Assembly (NCBI GenBank): GCA_965248835.1
Contig: CBDFLJ010000001.1
Coordinates: 992,001-1,056,000 of the forward strand
Length of the DNA: 64,000 nucleotides
Source of the DNA: Alphaproteobacteria bacterium
Lineage (GTDB): Bacteria > Pseudomonadota > Alphaproteobacteria > MPNO01
Direction of reading: 5' to 3'
The notes beneath the pieces are model-generated. The model was given only the letters and a program-made list of their open reading frames with translations. It was not told the DNA's origin and made no database searches. Of this stretch, positions 39,942 through 50,041 are shown in pieces; the first letter of the stretch is position 1; every line of letters starts with the position of its first letter. The translations under genes were made by a program, and so were the position numbers.

Positions 39942-40958
39942 ATGATCGGTATTCGGAAAGGCTTGATCCGCCGCTCCTTTACGTTGGGCGCGGTTCTGAC
40001 GGCGCTGGCGGCGTCGGCCTTCCTGGCTGTGCGGCCGGCATCTGAGGCGATCGGTCCGGAGACGCTTCCGACTTTGCGCGCGGGCGCGCCCGCGCCGGAC
40101 GTGAACCGGACGGTGATACCCTTCGCGCCGGTGATCCCGCCCCGGGCGAGCGTCCTCGTTCGGGCCGACACGACCGCCGCGCTGGTCGATGTCTTCGACC
40201 GACATAGCTACCGCCTTGCCGGCGTGCAGCGCTTCGGCACCGTGCCGCGGCTGTTCGTCGCCAGCTTGCCGCGGGACCTGAGAACGGTAACCGAGGCGGC
40301 GGAGCGCAAGGCGCTGTTCATACGGATCATCCTGCCGCTGGTTCTCGCGGTCAACGGAACGATTGCGGCGAACCGGGCACGCATCGAGAGGCTGCGCAGC
40401 AGACTGGTCGAAGAGCAGCCGCTGACGATCGAGCAGGAGGGCTGGCTGGCCGAGATGTTCATCCGCCACGATGTGCCGATGTTCGATTTCGCCGAGCTGC
40501 TGCGCCGGGTCGACGTCATCGCGCCCTCGCTCGCCATCGCCCAGAGCGCGGAGGAGAGCGGCTGGGGCACCTCGCGGTTCGCGCGCACGGCCAACGCGCT
40601 GTTCGGGCAGCGGATCTTCAAGGGCGGCAAGGGGCTCGTCCCGCGTGCGCGCGAGGCCGGCGCGCGCTATCGCGTGCGCGCCTTCGACCGGCTGATGGAT
40701 GCCGTGCGGGCCTATGCCGCGAACCTCAACGCGCACCCGGCCTATGCCCGGTTCCGGTCCGCGCGCGCCGATCTCCGCCGCCGCAACCGCCCGCTCGACG
40801 GGCTGGCGCTGGCCAAGACAATGCGCATGTATTCCGAACGCCGGGACGCCTATGTCGCCACGATCACGCGGATCATCCGCACCAACAGGCTGACCGTCTT
40901 CGACGACGTCCGGCTGGGCGGGGCGGCCGCGGACCTCGTCCTGGAGTCCGAGGACTGA
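39942..40958 (+). CDS. Glucosaminidase-domain protein (Bax-like)
   Basis: N-terminal TM; RKALFI..ILP, AQSAEESGWGTSRFA..ANALFG, NLNAH.AY and YSER motifs. Confidence 0.88.
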   Translation: MIGIRKGLIRRSFTLGAVLTALAASAFLAVRPASEAIGPETLPTLRAGAPAPDVNRTVIPFAPVIPPRASVLVRADTTAALVDVFDRHSYRLAGVQRFGTVPRLFVASLPRDLRTVTEAAERKALFIRIILPLVLAVNGTIAANRARIERLRSRLVEEQPLTIEQEGWLAEMFIRHDVPMFDFAELLRRVDVIAPSLAIAQSAEESGWGTSRFARTANALFGQRIFKGGKGLVPRAREAGARYRVRAFDRLMDAVRAYAANLNAHPAYARFRSARADLRRRNRPLDGLALAKTMRMYSERRDAYVATITRIIRTNRLTVFDDVRLGGAAADLVLESED

Positions 40959-40967
40959 GCGGCCGGG

Positions 40968-42029
40968 CTATCGGCGCAGCACGTAGAACTGTGTGCCGTA
41001 CCAGCGCCAGCGGCCCTCGCGCGCCGGCATGGTGCAGTTTATCCGGGCCCGCCCGGGCGCCAGCGGCTTGTCCAACCGGATCTCGATCCGCGCAACCCCC
41101 AGGCGCTCGATCCGGGCCTTGCCCTGGCCGGATGCGTAGCACGCCAGGGTGCCGAGGCGCTTGAGCGCTTCGCCGAACACGGTGAACCCGTAGTTCGGCG
41201 GGTTGGTCCGGGCATCGAACAGCGGGTCGAGCGGGATGACGTCCTTGACCTGCAGGGGCAGCGCGTTGGCCGCCATCCTGAAGCGGGCGATGTCGCCATA
41301 GACCTCGTTCATCGTGAACCGCGGCAGGAAGTGGAACCGAGAGCCCGGATGGAGGACCCCGGAATGCTGCCCGAACGAGGCGGTGAACCCGTGTTCGACG
41401 ACCACCTCGCGCGCCTCCAGCGACATCTCGCCGTAGGGGAAGACGAACAGCCGCGGCTTGCGGCCGAGCTCCTCCTCGAAACGGCGGTTGGACTTGACGA
41501 TGTCGCGCACGTTCCGGTCGCGGCTGACCAGCGGCATGTGAGGCCGTGAAGCGGTCTGACTGCCGATCGTCACGCCGTTTTCGGCCAGATCGCGGATCTG
41601 ATCCCAGCTCATGTAGCCGGGAACCCCGCCATCGACCGAATCGGTGGCCACGAACAGCGTAAACGGCAGTCCGGCTTTGCGCAGCCGGGGCCAGGCCTCG
41701 GTGTGGACCGAGAGATAGGCATCGTCGATGCTGAGCCCGATCGTGCGCTCCGGCAGTTCGCCGCCGTTGCGCAGCGAGGCAAGGATCTCAGGGATCGGCA
41801 GGACGTTCAGGCCGCGTTGGGCGATCTCGGCGAGATGAGCCTCGAACTGGTCGAGGCGGATATTGGTGGACGGCGTCGCATCCTCGCCGAAACGGTGATA
41901 CACCATAACGACTGCCGAGTTCGCCGCCTCGGCCCCCGACGCGACGGCAAGGCCGGTCAGGCCGACGAGCCCGGCCACCGCGGCCGCGCAGATCGAGCAA
42001 GACATGGAACGGACCTGGAAGAGCGGCAT
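40968..42029 (-). CDS. Polysaccharide deacetylase family protein
   Basis: Signal peptide; YHRF, SIDDAY, FTLFV, MSWDQIR and FPYGE motifs. Confidence 0.88.
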   Translation of the reverse strand: MPLFQVRSMSCSICAAAVAGLVGLTGLAVASGAEAANSAVVMVYHRFGEDATPSTNIRLDQFEAHLAEIAQRGLNVLPIPEILASLRNGGELPERTIGLSIDDAYLSVHTEAWPRLRKAGLPFTLFVATDSVDGGVPGYMSWDQIRDLAENGVTIGSQTASRPHMPLVSRDRNVRDIVKSNRRFEEELGRKPRLFVFPYGEMSLEAREVVVEHGFTASFGQHSGVLHPGSRFHFLPRFTMNEVYGDIARFRMAANALPLQVKDVIPLDPLFDARTNPPNYGFTVFGEALKRLGTLACYASGQGKARIERLGVARIEIRLDKPLAPGRARINCTMPAREGRWRWYGTQFYVLRR

Positions 42030-42108
42030 CTTGGAGTCCAAAGCTGGGCTGGCGCCGTTTGTAGCGCGTGCCGGAACAACGCGACAAGCGGCAACTCGTA
42101 TCGGCGAT

Positions 42109-42155
42109 CGGCCGGAACAGGTTCCGAACGCGCCGGACCGGCCCGATCCGATCGG
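42109..42155. repeat. Dispersed 47-bp intergenic repeat, copy 2
   Basis: 38/47 identical to 21093-21139. Confidence 0.65.
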
Positions 42156-42163
42156 CACATGCC

Positions 42164-42715
42164 CTAAATCATCGGCAGGTCGAGATCGGAATTGCCGAGC
42201 ACCGGATATGACCGCGCGTCGAAGAGTTGATAATGCCACCATTCGTTGCGATAGAAATCCCAGCCCGCCGCAGTCATCAAGCCCAGCAGGACCAGCCGGT
42301 TGCGCTGGGCCTCGACGCCGATCTCGGTGTTGGCGTGGTGCGACAGCGGCGTGAAGGCATCGAACGGCGTGCCCATCTCCAACGGCACGTCGTCGGCGCC
42401 GATCAGGGTGAGGTCGAGCGCCGCGCCGCGCGAATGCGGAGAACCGCGCCGCGGGTCGGCCAGGAAGTCGGGATCGGGGGTGTGGTTCCACAGCGCCCAC
42501 TGTGCCTCGCTCGGCCGGAACGCATCGTAAATACGCAGCCGCAGACCGATCCCCGCTGCCAGCCCGACCGCCCTTTCGAGCGCATGCGAGGCGTCTTCGT
42601 GCAGATAGCATGCCGCACGGCTGTAGACCGGCTTGCCGGTAAAGTTTCCCGCGGTGGCATAGACCATGTCGATCTCGACATCGAAACCCCGGGGTGTGAT
42701 CTCGACAAGCGCCAT
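42164..42715 (-). CDS. ddpX: D-alanyl-D-alanine dipeptidase (M15D)
   Basis: YAT.GNFTG, DAFRP, SPHSRGAALD, MGTPFD and EWWHY motifs. Confidence 0.95.
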   Translation of the reverse strand: MALVEITPRGFDVEIDMVYATAGNFTGKPVYSRAACYLHEDASHALERAVGLAAGIGLRLRIYDAFRPSEAQWALWNHTPDPDFLADPRRGSPHSRGAALDLTLIGADDVPLEMGTPFDAFTPLSHHANTEIGVEAQRNRLVLLGLMTAAGWDFYRNEWWHYQLFDARSYPVLGNSDLDLPMI

Positions 42716-42810
42716 CGCGGCCCCCTGCCCGACCTGCTGGGACGGCGCGAAGATACACCAGAGGCCCGGCGCCCGGTACCGGGCGCCGCCACCCGCCCGG
42801 AAGCGGCGCC

Positions 42811-43506
42811 ATGACGGTGCTCGCCATCGATGCGGCATGTTCGGCGTGCTCGACTGCGGTCCTGCGGGACGGGCGGATCCTGGCCGCGGACCGTATTGCC
42901 GCCGATCGCGGCCATGCCGAGATCCTGATGCCGATGGTCGTCCGGACGCTCGCCCGGGCCGGGCTCGGGTTCGCCGAAATCACCGCGCTGGCGGTCACGG
43001 TCGGCCCGGGCTCGTTCACCGGGATCCGGATCGCGCTCGCTGCCGCGCGCGGCCTGGCGCTGGCGCTCGACCGCCCGGTCCTCGGCGTGACCACGCTGGA
43101 AGCGATCGCTCATGCCGCGCTGGGCGAGCGGCGCGGCGCGGCGGCGCCTTGCCTGGTTGCGCTTGATACCCGGCGGGAGGACTTATACGTTCAGACCTTC
43201 GCGCCCGACGGCGCGCCGAGAACCCGTCCGGAGGCCGCGATGCCGGAGACGATCGCCGCGGGATTGACGGAGCCCGATGTGCTTGTTGCCGGCACTGCCG
43301 CGGCCCGGATTGCGCCGTTTCTAAAGGACCGCGGGCTTCGCCCGGCAATCGCCGCGGGCGACGGCAACCCCGACGCCCGGGTCGTGGCGCGTATCGCCGA
43401 CGGCCGGCTGGCCGGCGGCGGCGCCGAAGCCTTTCCGGCTCTGCCGGTCTATCTGCGCGCGCCCAATGCGGTCAAGCCGGCCGATGGCGGACGGCTGCGG
43501 TCATGA
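42811..43506 (+). CDS. tsaB: tRNA threonylcarbamoyladenosine biosynthesis protein TsaB
   Basis: VLAID, GHAE.L and GPGSFTGIRI motifs. Confidence 0.95.
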   Translation: MTVLAIDAACSACSTAVLRDGRILAADRIAADRGHAEILMPMVVRTLARAGLGFAEITALAVTVGPGSFTGIRIALAAARGLALALDRPVLGVTTLEAIAHAALGERRGAAAPCLVALDTRREDLYVQTFAPDGAPRTRPEAAMPETIAAGLTEPDVLVAGTAAARIAPFLKDRGLRPAIAAGDGNPDARVVARIADGRLAGGGAEAFPALPVYLRAPNAVKPADGGRLRS

Positions 43507-44063
43507 CCGAAATCCTCATCGCACCGCTTGCCGGCGAGGAGATCCCCCTGCTCGCCCGGATCCACGCCCGGTGCTTCGATGACCCCTGGTCGGCCGAAAT
43601 GGTGCGGCGGGTGCTGGAGACCGCCGGCGCGTTCGGCCTTGCTGCGCGGTGCGGACCCGCGGCAGAGCTGGCCGGGTTCGCGCTCGGCCGGGTTGTCGTC
43701 GATGAATGCGAGCTCCTGTCGCTCGGCGTCGCGCCTTGCCGGCGCCGCCACGGGCTGGGCGCGGCGCTGCTCGACGCGGCGATGGATTGGGCGGCCGGGC
43801 TTGGTGTTCGCGGGTTCTTCCTGGAAGTCGGGGAATTCAACCAGGCCGCACGTCGGCTCTATGACAGCCGGGGCCTGGTCCGGGTCGGCCGCCGCCGAGG
43901 CTATTACGAGCTCAAGGACGGCGGCACGATGGATGCCCTGACCATGCGGTGCGAACTCGACCGGTCCGCTCAGGCCTTGACGATCCGCAGGCAGATGTCG
44001 CCCGCGCGCACCTGGTTGCCGGGCGCTAGCCAGTCGCGCGCCGGATCGTCCTTCAGCGGCTGA
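43503..44063 (+). CDS. rimI: GNAT acetyltransferase, RimI-like
   Basis: DECELLSLGV, RRRHGLG, FLEV...N.AARRLY and RRGYY motifs; overlaps the tsaB stop. Confidence 0.88.
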   Translation: MTEILIAPLAGEEIPLLARIHARCFDDPWSAEMVRRVLETAGAFGLAARCGPAAELAGFALGRVVVDECELLSLGVAPCRRRHGLGAALLDAAMDWAAGLGVRGFFLEVGEFNQAARRLYDSRGLVRVGRRRGYYELKDGGTMDALTMRCELDRSAQALTIRRQMSPARTWLPGASQSRAGSSFSG

Positions 44064-44239
44064 ACGCCAGCCACGACGTGGCCCAGCTCGATCACCGAGG
44101 CGGGCACGTTCTCGATCGGCTCGGGCCCGCGCAGCAGGATCGTCGCGGTATCGCCCGATGCCATCCGTTCAATAAGCAGCCGAGCCCGGACAAAGGTCAT
44201 CGGGCAGACATCGGCCGTGATATCGAGAAAATGCTCCAT
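43970..44239 (-). CDS. TusA-family sulfur carrier
   Basis: LDITADVCPMTFVR (CPxx motif). Confidence 0.88.
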   Translation of the reverse strand: MEHFLDITADVCPMTFVRARLLIERMASGDTATILLRGPEPIENVPASVIELGHVVAGVQPLKDDPARDWLAPGNQVRAGDICLRIVKA

Positions 44240-44352
44240 CGGATCGCCAAGCGTGCTGACCGGGGCGGCACAATATTTAGCTTGTTAAATCGAATACATG
44301 GTGCATATAAGCAGTCCTCTGCAAAGGTCGTGAAAACAGGATGGTTCCCAAA

Positions 44353-44754
44353 ATGGCAGAAGACCAAAACATTGACCAAAGCGAGCTCTTGCCATGGACA
44401 GTGCGAATCGTCACGGCGCATCTAGGCAACAGCAAGCTGCGCTTGGAAGAGATTACACCTTTGATCGACACCGTCCACTCCGCGCTGGCGAAGATCGCCG
44501 GGACCGTCCAACCGGAAGCGCCGAAGCCGGCCGTGCCAATCAACAGCTCGGTGACCCGCGACTATATAATATGTCTGGAGGACGGCCGGCAGTTGAAAAC
44601 GCTGAAGCGGCATCTCAGCAGCGCCTACAACATGACGCCGGAGGCGTATCGCGCCAAGTGGGGCCTGCCGCCGGACTATCCGATGGTCGCGCCGAGCTAC
44701 GCACGCAAGCGCAGCGCACTGGCCAAACGGATCGGCCTCGGCCGCCGCAGCTGA
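44353..44754 (+). CDS. mucR: MucR/Ros-family transcriptional regulator
   Basis: PAVPI..SV..DYIICLEDG...KTLKRHL...TPEAYRAKWGLP.DYPMVAP.Y..KRS.LAK.IGLG. Confidence 0.95.
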   Translation: MAEDQNIDQSELLPWTVRIVTAHLGNSKLRLEEITPLIDTVHSALAKIAGTVQPEAPKPAVPINSSVTRDYIICLEDGRQLKTLKRHLSSAYNMTPEAYRAKWGLPPDYPMVAPSYARKRSALAKRIGLGRRS

Positions 44755-44838
44755 GCCGGCGCGGCGCGCCGGCGCCAGATCGACTTTGACTACGGTGCGG
44801 CCAAGCCCTACTGTCAGTCTGTCGTAGCGGAGCGCCCC

Positions 44839-45282
44839 ATGCTGTCGCGTATCGAGCAGGTCTGTCGCGAAAAAGGGATGAAGATGACCGACCAGCGGCG
44901 GGTTATCGCCCGTGTGCTGTCGGATTCAAACGACCATCCCGATGTCGAAGAAGTCCACCGCCGCGCCGTGGAGATCGACGACCGGGTGAGCATCGCCACA
45001 GTCTACCGCACCGTCCGGCTGTTCGAGCAGGCCGATATCCTCGAACGGCTCGATTTCGGGGATGGCAGAGCGCGCTACGAAGAGGCCGGCGAGCGGCACC
45101 ACCACCATCACCTGATCAATCTCGACACCGGCGATGTCATCGAATTCGAGAGTGACGAGCTGGAAGCGCTGAAGCGCAGGATCGCCAAGAAGCTCGGCTT
45201 CGAACTCGTCGGCGAGCGGCTCGAGCTCTACGGCGTGCCGGCGAAGCGGCACGGCCGAACCCAGAAGACCACCAGCAAGTAG
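44839..45282 (+). CDS. fur: Fur-family regulator (Fur/Mur)
   Basis: MTDQRRVI, DHPDVEE, SIATVYRT and HHHHHLI motifs. Confidence 0.92.
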   Translation: MLSRIEQVCREKGMKMTDQRRVIARVLSDSNDHPDVEEVHRRAVEIDDRVSIATVYRTVRLFEQADILERLDFGDGRARYEEAGERHHHHHLINLDTGDVIEFESDELEALKRRIAKKLGFELVGERLELYGVPAKRHGRTQKTTSK

Positions 45283-45288
45283 GTCATC

Positions 45289-46167
45289 TTGAGCACCAGC
45301 GGAACCTCATCGCGCATGCGCGATGGCGATCGGACCAAGCAAGCCGTCGGGCCGGAGCCGCGCGCGCCGGCGCCGAGACCGGACTCGGACCTGGCGCCCA
45401 TCCTGCAAAGCGGGCTGGAAGCGCGGCTCGCGACGTCCGAGGAGGACATCGCCGCGGCGCAGGCGCTGCGCTACCGCGTCTTCTACGAGGAGATGCGCGC
45501 GAAGGCTTCCGCCGAGACCGCGGTGCTCGGGCGCGACATCGACAGCTTCGATGCGGTCTGCGACCACCTGCTGGTGATCGATCCCAAGCGCAGCGACCTC
45601 GCCGGAGGGGTGGTCGGCACCTACCGGCTGCTGCGGCGCGCCGAGGCCAACCGCAATGACGGGTTCTATTCCGCCGACGAGTACGACATCTCGCATCTGG
45701 AGCAATACCCCGGCGAGATCCTCGAGCTCGGCCGGTCCTGCGTCGAGGCGAGCTATCGCAACCGGCCGACGATGCAGCTGCTGTGGCGGGCGATCGCGGC
45801 CTATATCTTCCACTATGACATCGTCTTGATGTTCGGCTGCGCCAGCCTGCCCGGGACCGATCCCCAGGGGTTGAAGCAGCAGCTTTCCTATCTCTACTAC
45901 TACCATCTCGCCCCGCCGGCGCTGCGGCCGCGCGCGCTCGACCGCCGCTATGTCGACATGAAGATCCTCCCGCGACGGGAGATCGACCCGCGGGCCGCGC
46001 TGTCGGAGATGCCGCCGCTGATCAAGGGCTATCTGAGACTCGGCGGGTTCATCGGCGACGGCGCGGTGGTCGATTACCAGTTCAACACCACCGACGTCTC
46101 GGTCGTGGTCAAGACCGATCTGGTGACCGACAAGTACCTGCGCCACTACGAGCGGGAGCGGCGCTGA
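45289..46167 (+). CDS. olsB: Ornithine-acyl-ACP N-acyltransferase (GNAT)
   Basis: QALRYRVFYEE, D.FD..CDHLLV, VGTYRL, ELGRSCV, FGCASL and PPLIKGYLRLG motifs; adjacent to an acyltransferase. Confidence 0.85.
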   Translation: MSTSGTSSRMRDGDRTKQAVGPEPRAPAPRPDSDLAPILQSGLEARLATSEEDIAAAQALRYRVFYEEMRAKASAETAVLGRDIDSFDAVCDHLLVIDPKRSDLAGGVVGTYRLLRRAEANRNDGFYSADEYDISHLEQYPGEILELGRSCVEASYRNRPTMQLLWRAIAAYIFHYDIVLMFGCASLPGTDPQGLKQQLSYLYYYHLAPPALRPRALDRRYVDMKILPRREIDPRAALSEMPPLIKGYLRLGGFIGDGAVVDYQFNTTDVSVVVKTDLVTDKYLRHYERERR

Positions 46168-46178
46168 GGGCCGGCGCG

Positions 46179-46973
46179 GTGCTTTCCCCCGGGCGCGCGG
46201 TTCTGCGGATCACGGTCTACCTGGCGCTGACGATCCTGATGATCCCGGTGCAGTCCGCGGCGCTGCTGGTCAGCCGCCCGATGGCCGTCCGAATCCCGCT
46301 GGTCTATCACCGGTGGTGCTGCCGGATCTTCGGCATCGCGGTCAGGGTGCGCGGCACCCGCTCGCGCAACACGCCGACCCTGTTCGTCTGCAACCATGCC
46401 TCCTATGTCGACATCGCCGTGTTGGCTTCGGTCGTTCCGGCCTCGTTCATCGCCAAGGCGGAGGTCGCCTCCTGGCCGCTTTTCGGCCTGCTGGCGAGGC
46501 TGCAGCGCACCGTTTTCGTGGAACGCCGCACCGGACGCGCCGCCCGCCAGCGCGATGCCATTGCCGACCGTCTGGCGCGCGGCGACAACCTGTTCCTGTT
46601 CCCCGAGGGTACCAGCGCCGACGGCATGCGGGTGCTGCCCTTCAAGAGCGCGCTGTTCAGCGTTGCACAGATCGAGATTCCCGGCCGCACGATCACGGTC
46701 CAGCCGGTCTCCATCGCCTATACCGGGCTCGACGGCATGCCGCTAGGGCGCGGCTTCAAGCCGTTCGTGGCCTGGTACGGCGACATGGCCATGGCTTCCC
46801 ATCTGGTCGAACTGATGGGCCTGGGCAGGATATCCGTGGACCTGATCTTTCACCCGCCGATCGCGCTGGATGCATTTCCGACTCGCAAGGCGCTGTCGCT
46901 GCATTGCCAGGACGTCGTCGCCCGGGGCGTAGCCGCGGCCAATGCCGGGCTCGCCCCGGCCGCCGGCGGCTGA
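46179..46973 (+). CDS. olsA: Lyso-ornithine lipid/lysophospholipid acyltransferase
   Basis: NHASYVD, FIAKAEV and FPEGT motifs; downstream of olsB. Confidence 0.75.
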   Translation: MLSPGRAVLRITVYLALTILMIPVQSAALLVSRPMAVRIPLVYHRWCCRIFGIAVRVRGTRSRNTPTLFVCNHASYVDIAVLASVVPASFIAKAEVASWPLFGLLARLQRTVFVERRTGRAARQRDAIADRLARGDNLFLFPEGTSADGMRVLPFKSALFSVAQIEIPGRTITVQPVSIAYTGLDGMPLGRGFKPFVAWYGDMAMASHLVELMGLGRISVDLIFHPPIALDAFPTRKALSLHCQDVVARGVAAANAGLAPAAGG

Positions 46974-47084
46974 GCCGAGAGCCGCGCTTTGCCGCCGGCC
47001 CGGGCCATGCTAGGGTTTCCGGCCCGCGGTGCGCGGCCGATGCGTGCGGCCCGCCGGCCGCGGCAACCGCGCAGGGACCGCTCC

Positions 47085-48494
47085 TTGGCCAAGCTGCTGT
47101 TCATCAAGAGCTACGGGTGCCAGATGAACGTCTATGACGCCGGCCGGATGGCCGACGTCCTGGCGCCGCTGGGCTATACGAGCACCGATGATGCCGACGG
47201 TGCCGACGTGGTCATCCTCAATACCTGCCATATCCGCGAGAAGGCCGCCGAGAAGGTCTATTCCGAGATCGGCCGGCTGCGGGCGCGTCGAGGGGCCGGC
47301 CGGCCGCGCTCCGATGCCGGGGCTGGGCCCGTGGTGGTGATCGCCGGCTGCGTCGCGCAGGCCGAAGGCGCGGAAGTTCTGCGGCGTGCGCCCTGGGTCG
47401 ACGTGGTGGTCGGGCCGCAGGCCTACCACCGGCTGCCCGCGCTGATCGCGCGCGCCAGGGCCGGCGGGCGGGCAGTGCTGGACACCGAATTCCCCGCCGA
47501 GTCGAAGTTCGACCATCTGCCCGAGGAGACCGCCGCGACCGGGCCGGCCTGCTTCCTGACGATCCAGGAAGGCTGCGACAAGTTCTGTTCGTTCTGCGTG
47601 GTCCCGTATACCCGGGGCGCCGAGTTCTCGAGGCCGGCCGCGGACGTGCTCGCCGAGGCCGGCCGCCTGGTCGCCGCCGGCGCCCGCGAGATCACGCTGC
47701 TCGGCCAGAACGTCAACGCCTATCACGGCGCCGCGCCCGACGGCGCCGACGAATGGGGTCTCGCCCGGCTGATCCGCGCGCTGGCGGGGATCGAATCCCT
47801 GGAGCGGATCCGCTATACCACATCCCACCCCAACGACATGGACGAGGCGCTGATCGCCACCCACGCCGAGGTGCCCGAACTGATGCCCTATCTCCACCTG
47901 CCGGTGCAGTCGGGCTCCGATGCGGTGCTGGCGGCGATGGGCCGCCGGCATTCCGCCGAGGATTACCTGCACCTGGTCGAGCGGCTGCGCGCGGCGCGGC
48001 CCGATCTGGCGCTGTCCTCGGACTTCATCGTCGGCCATCCTGGCGAGACCGAGGCCGACTTCGCGGCCACCCTCGCGCTGGTGCGCGCGGTGGGCTACGC
48101 CCAGGCCTATTCGTTCAAGTTCAGCGCTCGGCCCGGTACGCCGGCCGCCGGGCTCGACGGCCAGATCGGCGAGGCCGAAAAATCCGACCGGCTGGCCGAA
48201 CTCCAGGCCCTGCTGAGCGAGCAGCAGCGCCGCTTCAACGAGGCCTGCCGCGGCCGCAGAATGCCGGTGCTGTTCGATCGCCGCGGACGCCGCCCGGGCC
48301 AGGTCGCCGGACGTTCACCTTTCCTCCAAGCGGTCCACGTCGATTGCGGCGAGGACATGGCCGCACTGGTCCAGGGGCGGATCCTCGAGGTGGCGATCAC
48401 TCAGGCCCACCCGAACTCGCTGCAGGGCAGCTTCGCGGCGGCGGCGCCAGGCCGGGAGGGCGCGGCAAGCGCGGTGCGGTCATTTGACGCCTGA
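47085..48494 (+). CDS. miaB: tRNA-2-methylthio-N6-dimethylallyladenosine synthase
   Basis: [19 protein letters not shown] and [10 protein letters not shown] (radical SAM) motifs; TRAM domain; TTG start inferred. Confidence 0.97.
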   Translation: MAKLLFIKSYGCQMNVYDAGRMADVLAPLGYTSTDDADGADVVILNTCHIREKAAEKVYSEIGRLRARRGAGRPRSDAGAGPVVVIAGCVAQAEGAEVLRRAPWVDVVVGPQAYHRLPALIARARAGGRAVLDTEFPAESKFDHLPEETAATGPACFLTIQEGCDKFCSFCVVPYTRGAEFSRPAADVLAEAGRLVAAGAREITLLGQNVNAYHGAAPDGADEWGLARLIRALAGIESLERIRYTTSHPNDMDEALIATHAEVPELMPYLHLPVQSGSDAVLAAMGRRHSAEDYLHLVERLRAARPDLALSSDFIVGHPGETEADFAATLALVRAVGYAQAYSFKFSARPGTPAAGLDGQIGEAEKSDRLAELQALLSEQQRRFNEACRGRRMPVLFDRRGRRPGQVAGRSPFLQAVHVDCGEDMAALVQGRILEVAITQAHPNSLQGSFAAAAPGREGAASAVRSFDA

Positions 48495-49509
48495 CAATTC
48501 CGAGATCGGCCTCGCCGACGGGCAGATCGCCGTCAGCTTCGACGACAACGCGCTCCTGCCGCTGCTCTATGGCGAGTTCGACCGCAACCTCGCGCGGCTC
48601 GAGCAGCAGCTCGAGGTCTCGGTATCCTCGCGCGGCAATACGGTGGTCATCAGCGGCAGGCAGCGCCCGGTCGAGATCGGCCGCGCCGCGCTGCAAACAC
48701 TCTACCTGCGCCTCGAAAAGGGGCTCGGTGTCGACCAGGCGGAGGTCGACGCGGCGGTCCGCCTGGCCGAAGGCATGACCGGGGACGCGCTCGCCGATGC
48801 CCAGGCCGAGGCGCCGGTCATCCGCACCCCGCGGCGCCATATCTCGCCGCGCTCGCCGGGTCAGGACCGGTATATGAACGCGCTTTTCGATGTCGAGCTC
48901 GTCTTCGGCATCGGTCCGGCGGGGACCGGCAAGACCTATCTCGCGGTCGCCCGCGCGGTCGCGATGCTGCTGGCCGGCACGGTCGATCGGATCATCCTGT
49001 CCCGCCCCGCGGTCGAGGCTGGCGAGCGCCTGGGCTTCCTGCCCGGCGACATGCGCGACAAGGTCGATCCCTATCTGCGCCCGCTCTACGATGCGCTCTA
49101 CGACGTGATGCATGGCGATCAGGTCGTCAAGCGGCTGAATTCGGGCGAGATCGAGATCGCGCCGCTGGCCTTCATGCGCGGCCGGACGCTGGGCAACGCC
49201 TTCGTGATCCTTGACGAGGCGCAGAACACCACCCAAATTCAAATGAAGATGTTCCTGACGCGGCTCGGCCAGAACTCCCGTATGGTGGTCACCGGCGATC
49301 TGACCCAGATCGATCTGCCGTCGGGGATGACCTCGGGCCTGCAGCACGCGGTGCGGACCGTCAAGGACATCGAGGGGGTCCGCGTCGTCCGGCTCACCGA
49401 TGCCGATGTCGTCCGGCACGGGCTGGTCACGAAGATCGTTCAGGCCTATGAGGGCGCGAACCGGAGAGATGCCGCCGGATCGGCGGATATCGGCGGCGGG
49501 GACGTGTAG
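48484..49509 (+). CDS. phoH: PhoH-family ATPase
   Basis: [28 protein letters not shown] and DEAQN motifs. Confidence 0.95.
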   Translation: MTPDNSEIGLADGQIAVSFDDNALLPLLYGEFDRNLARLEQQLEVSVSSRGNTVVISGRQRPVEIGRAALQTLYLRLEKGLGVDQAEVDAAVRLAEGMTGDALADAQAEAPVIRTPRRHISPRSPGQDRYMNALFDVELVFGIGPAGTGKTYLAVARAVAMLLAGTVDRIILSRPAVEAGERLGFLPGDMRDKVDPYLRPLYDALYDVMHGDQVVKRLNSGEIEIAPLAFMRGRTLGNAFVILDEAQNTTQIQMKMFLTRLGQNSRMVVTGDLTQIDLPSGMTSGLQHAVRTVKDIEGVRVVRLTDADVVRHGLVTKIVQAYEGANRRDAAGSADIGGGDV

Positions 49510-49515
49510 GGCGCC

Positions 49516-50031
49516 TTGAGCGCGGAAGTTTCGATCGCCACGCATTGCGCGGGTTGGCACCGGGCCGTCACCGATGCGGCGGGGCTCTGCCGCCGCGCCG
49601 CCGGGGCCGCCTGGGCGATGGCCGCCGGTGAGGCCGGCGGCGCGGCGGACGGACCGGAGATCACGCTGGTGCTGACCGACGACGCCGAGGTTGCCCGGCT
49701 CAACCACCGCTTCCGCGGCATCGAGGGACCGACCAACGTGCTGTCGTTCCCGACCGGCGAGCCGGTCACCGGAGCGGGTGCGGAGGACGGGCCGCCGATC
49801 ATGCTGGGCGATATCGTCATCGCCCTGGAAACCGCCGCGCGCGAGGCCGAACGCGACGGCAAGCCGCTCGACGATCACCTGCAGCATCTGGTGGTCCACG
49901 GCCTTCTGCACCTGCTGGGTTACGACCATCAGGGCGAGAGCCAGGCCGCGGACATGGAATCCCTGGAAGTGGAGATTTTGAGCCGTCTGGGCGTGCCGAA
50001 CCCCTATGCCGAAGGAGCGGCCCGGTCCTGA
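49516..50031 (+). CDS. ybeY: rRNA maturation endoribonuclease YbeY
   Basis: PTNVLSFP and HGLLHLLGYDH motifs. Confidence 0.96.
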   Translation: MSAEVSIATHCAGWHRAVTDAAGLCRRAAGAAWAMAAGEAGGAADGPEITLVLTDDAEVARLNHRFRGIEGPTNVLSFPTGEPVTGAGAEDGPPIMLGDIVIALETAAREAERDGKPLDDHLQHLVVHGLLHLLGYDHQGESQAADMESLEVEILSRLGVPNPYAEGAARS

Positions 50032-50041
50032 CCGACAAGCG

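Noticed and set aside
42030-43094. 708-aa deacetylase fusion
   Set aside because: The upstream part overlaps ddpX (other frame) and tsaB (antisense); the signal peptide begins near 42029.
47085-48494. Radical SAM enzyme as the NHLP maturase
   Set aside because: It is a canonical MiaB in the conserved miaB-phoH-ybeY operon.
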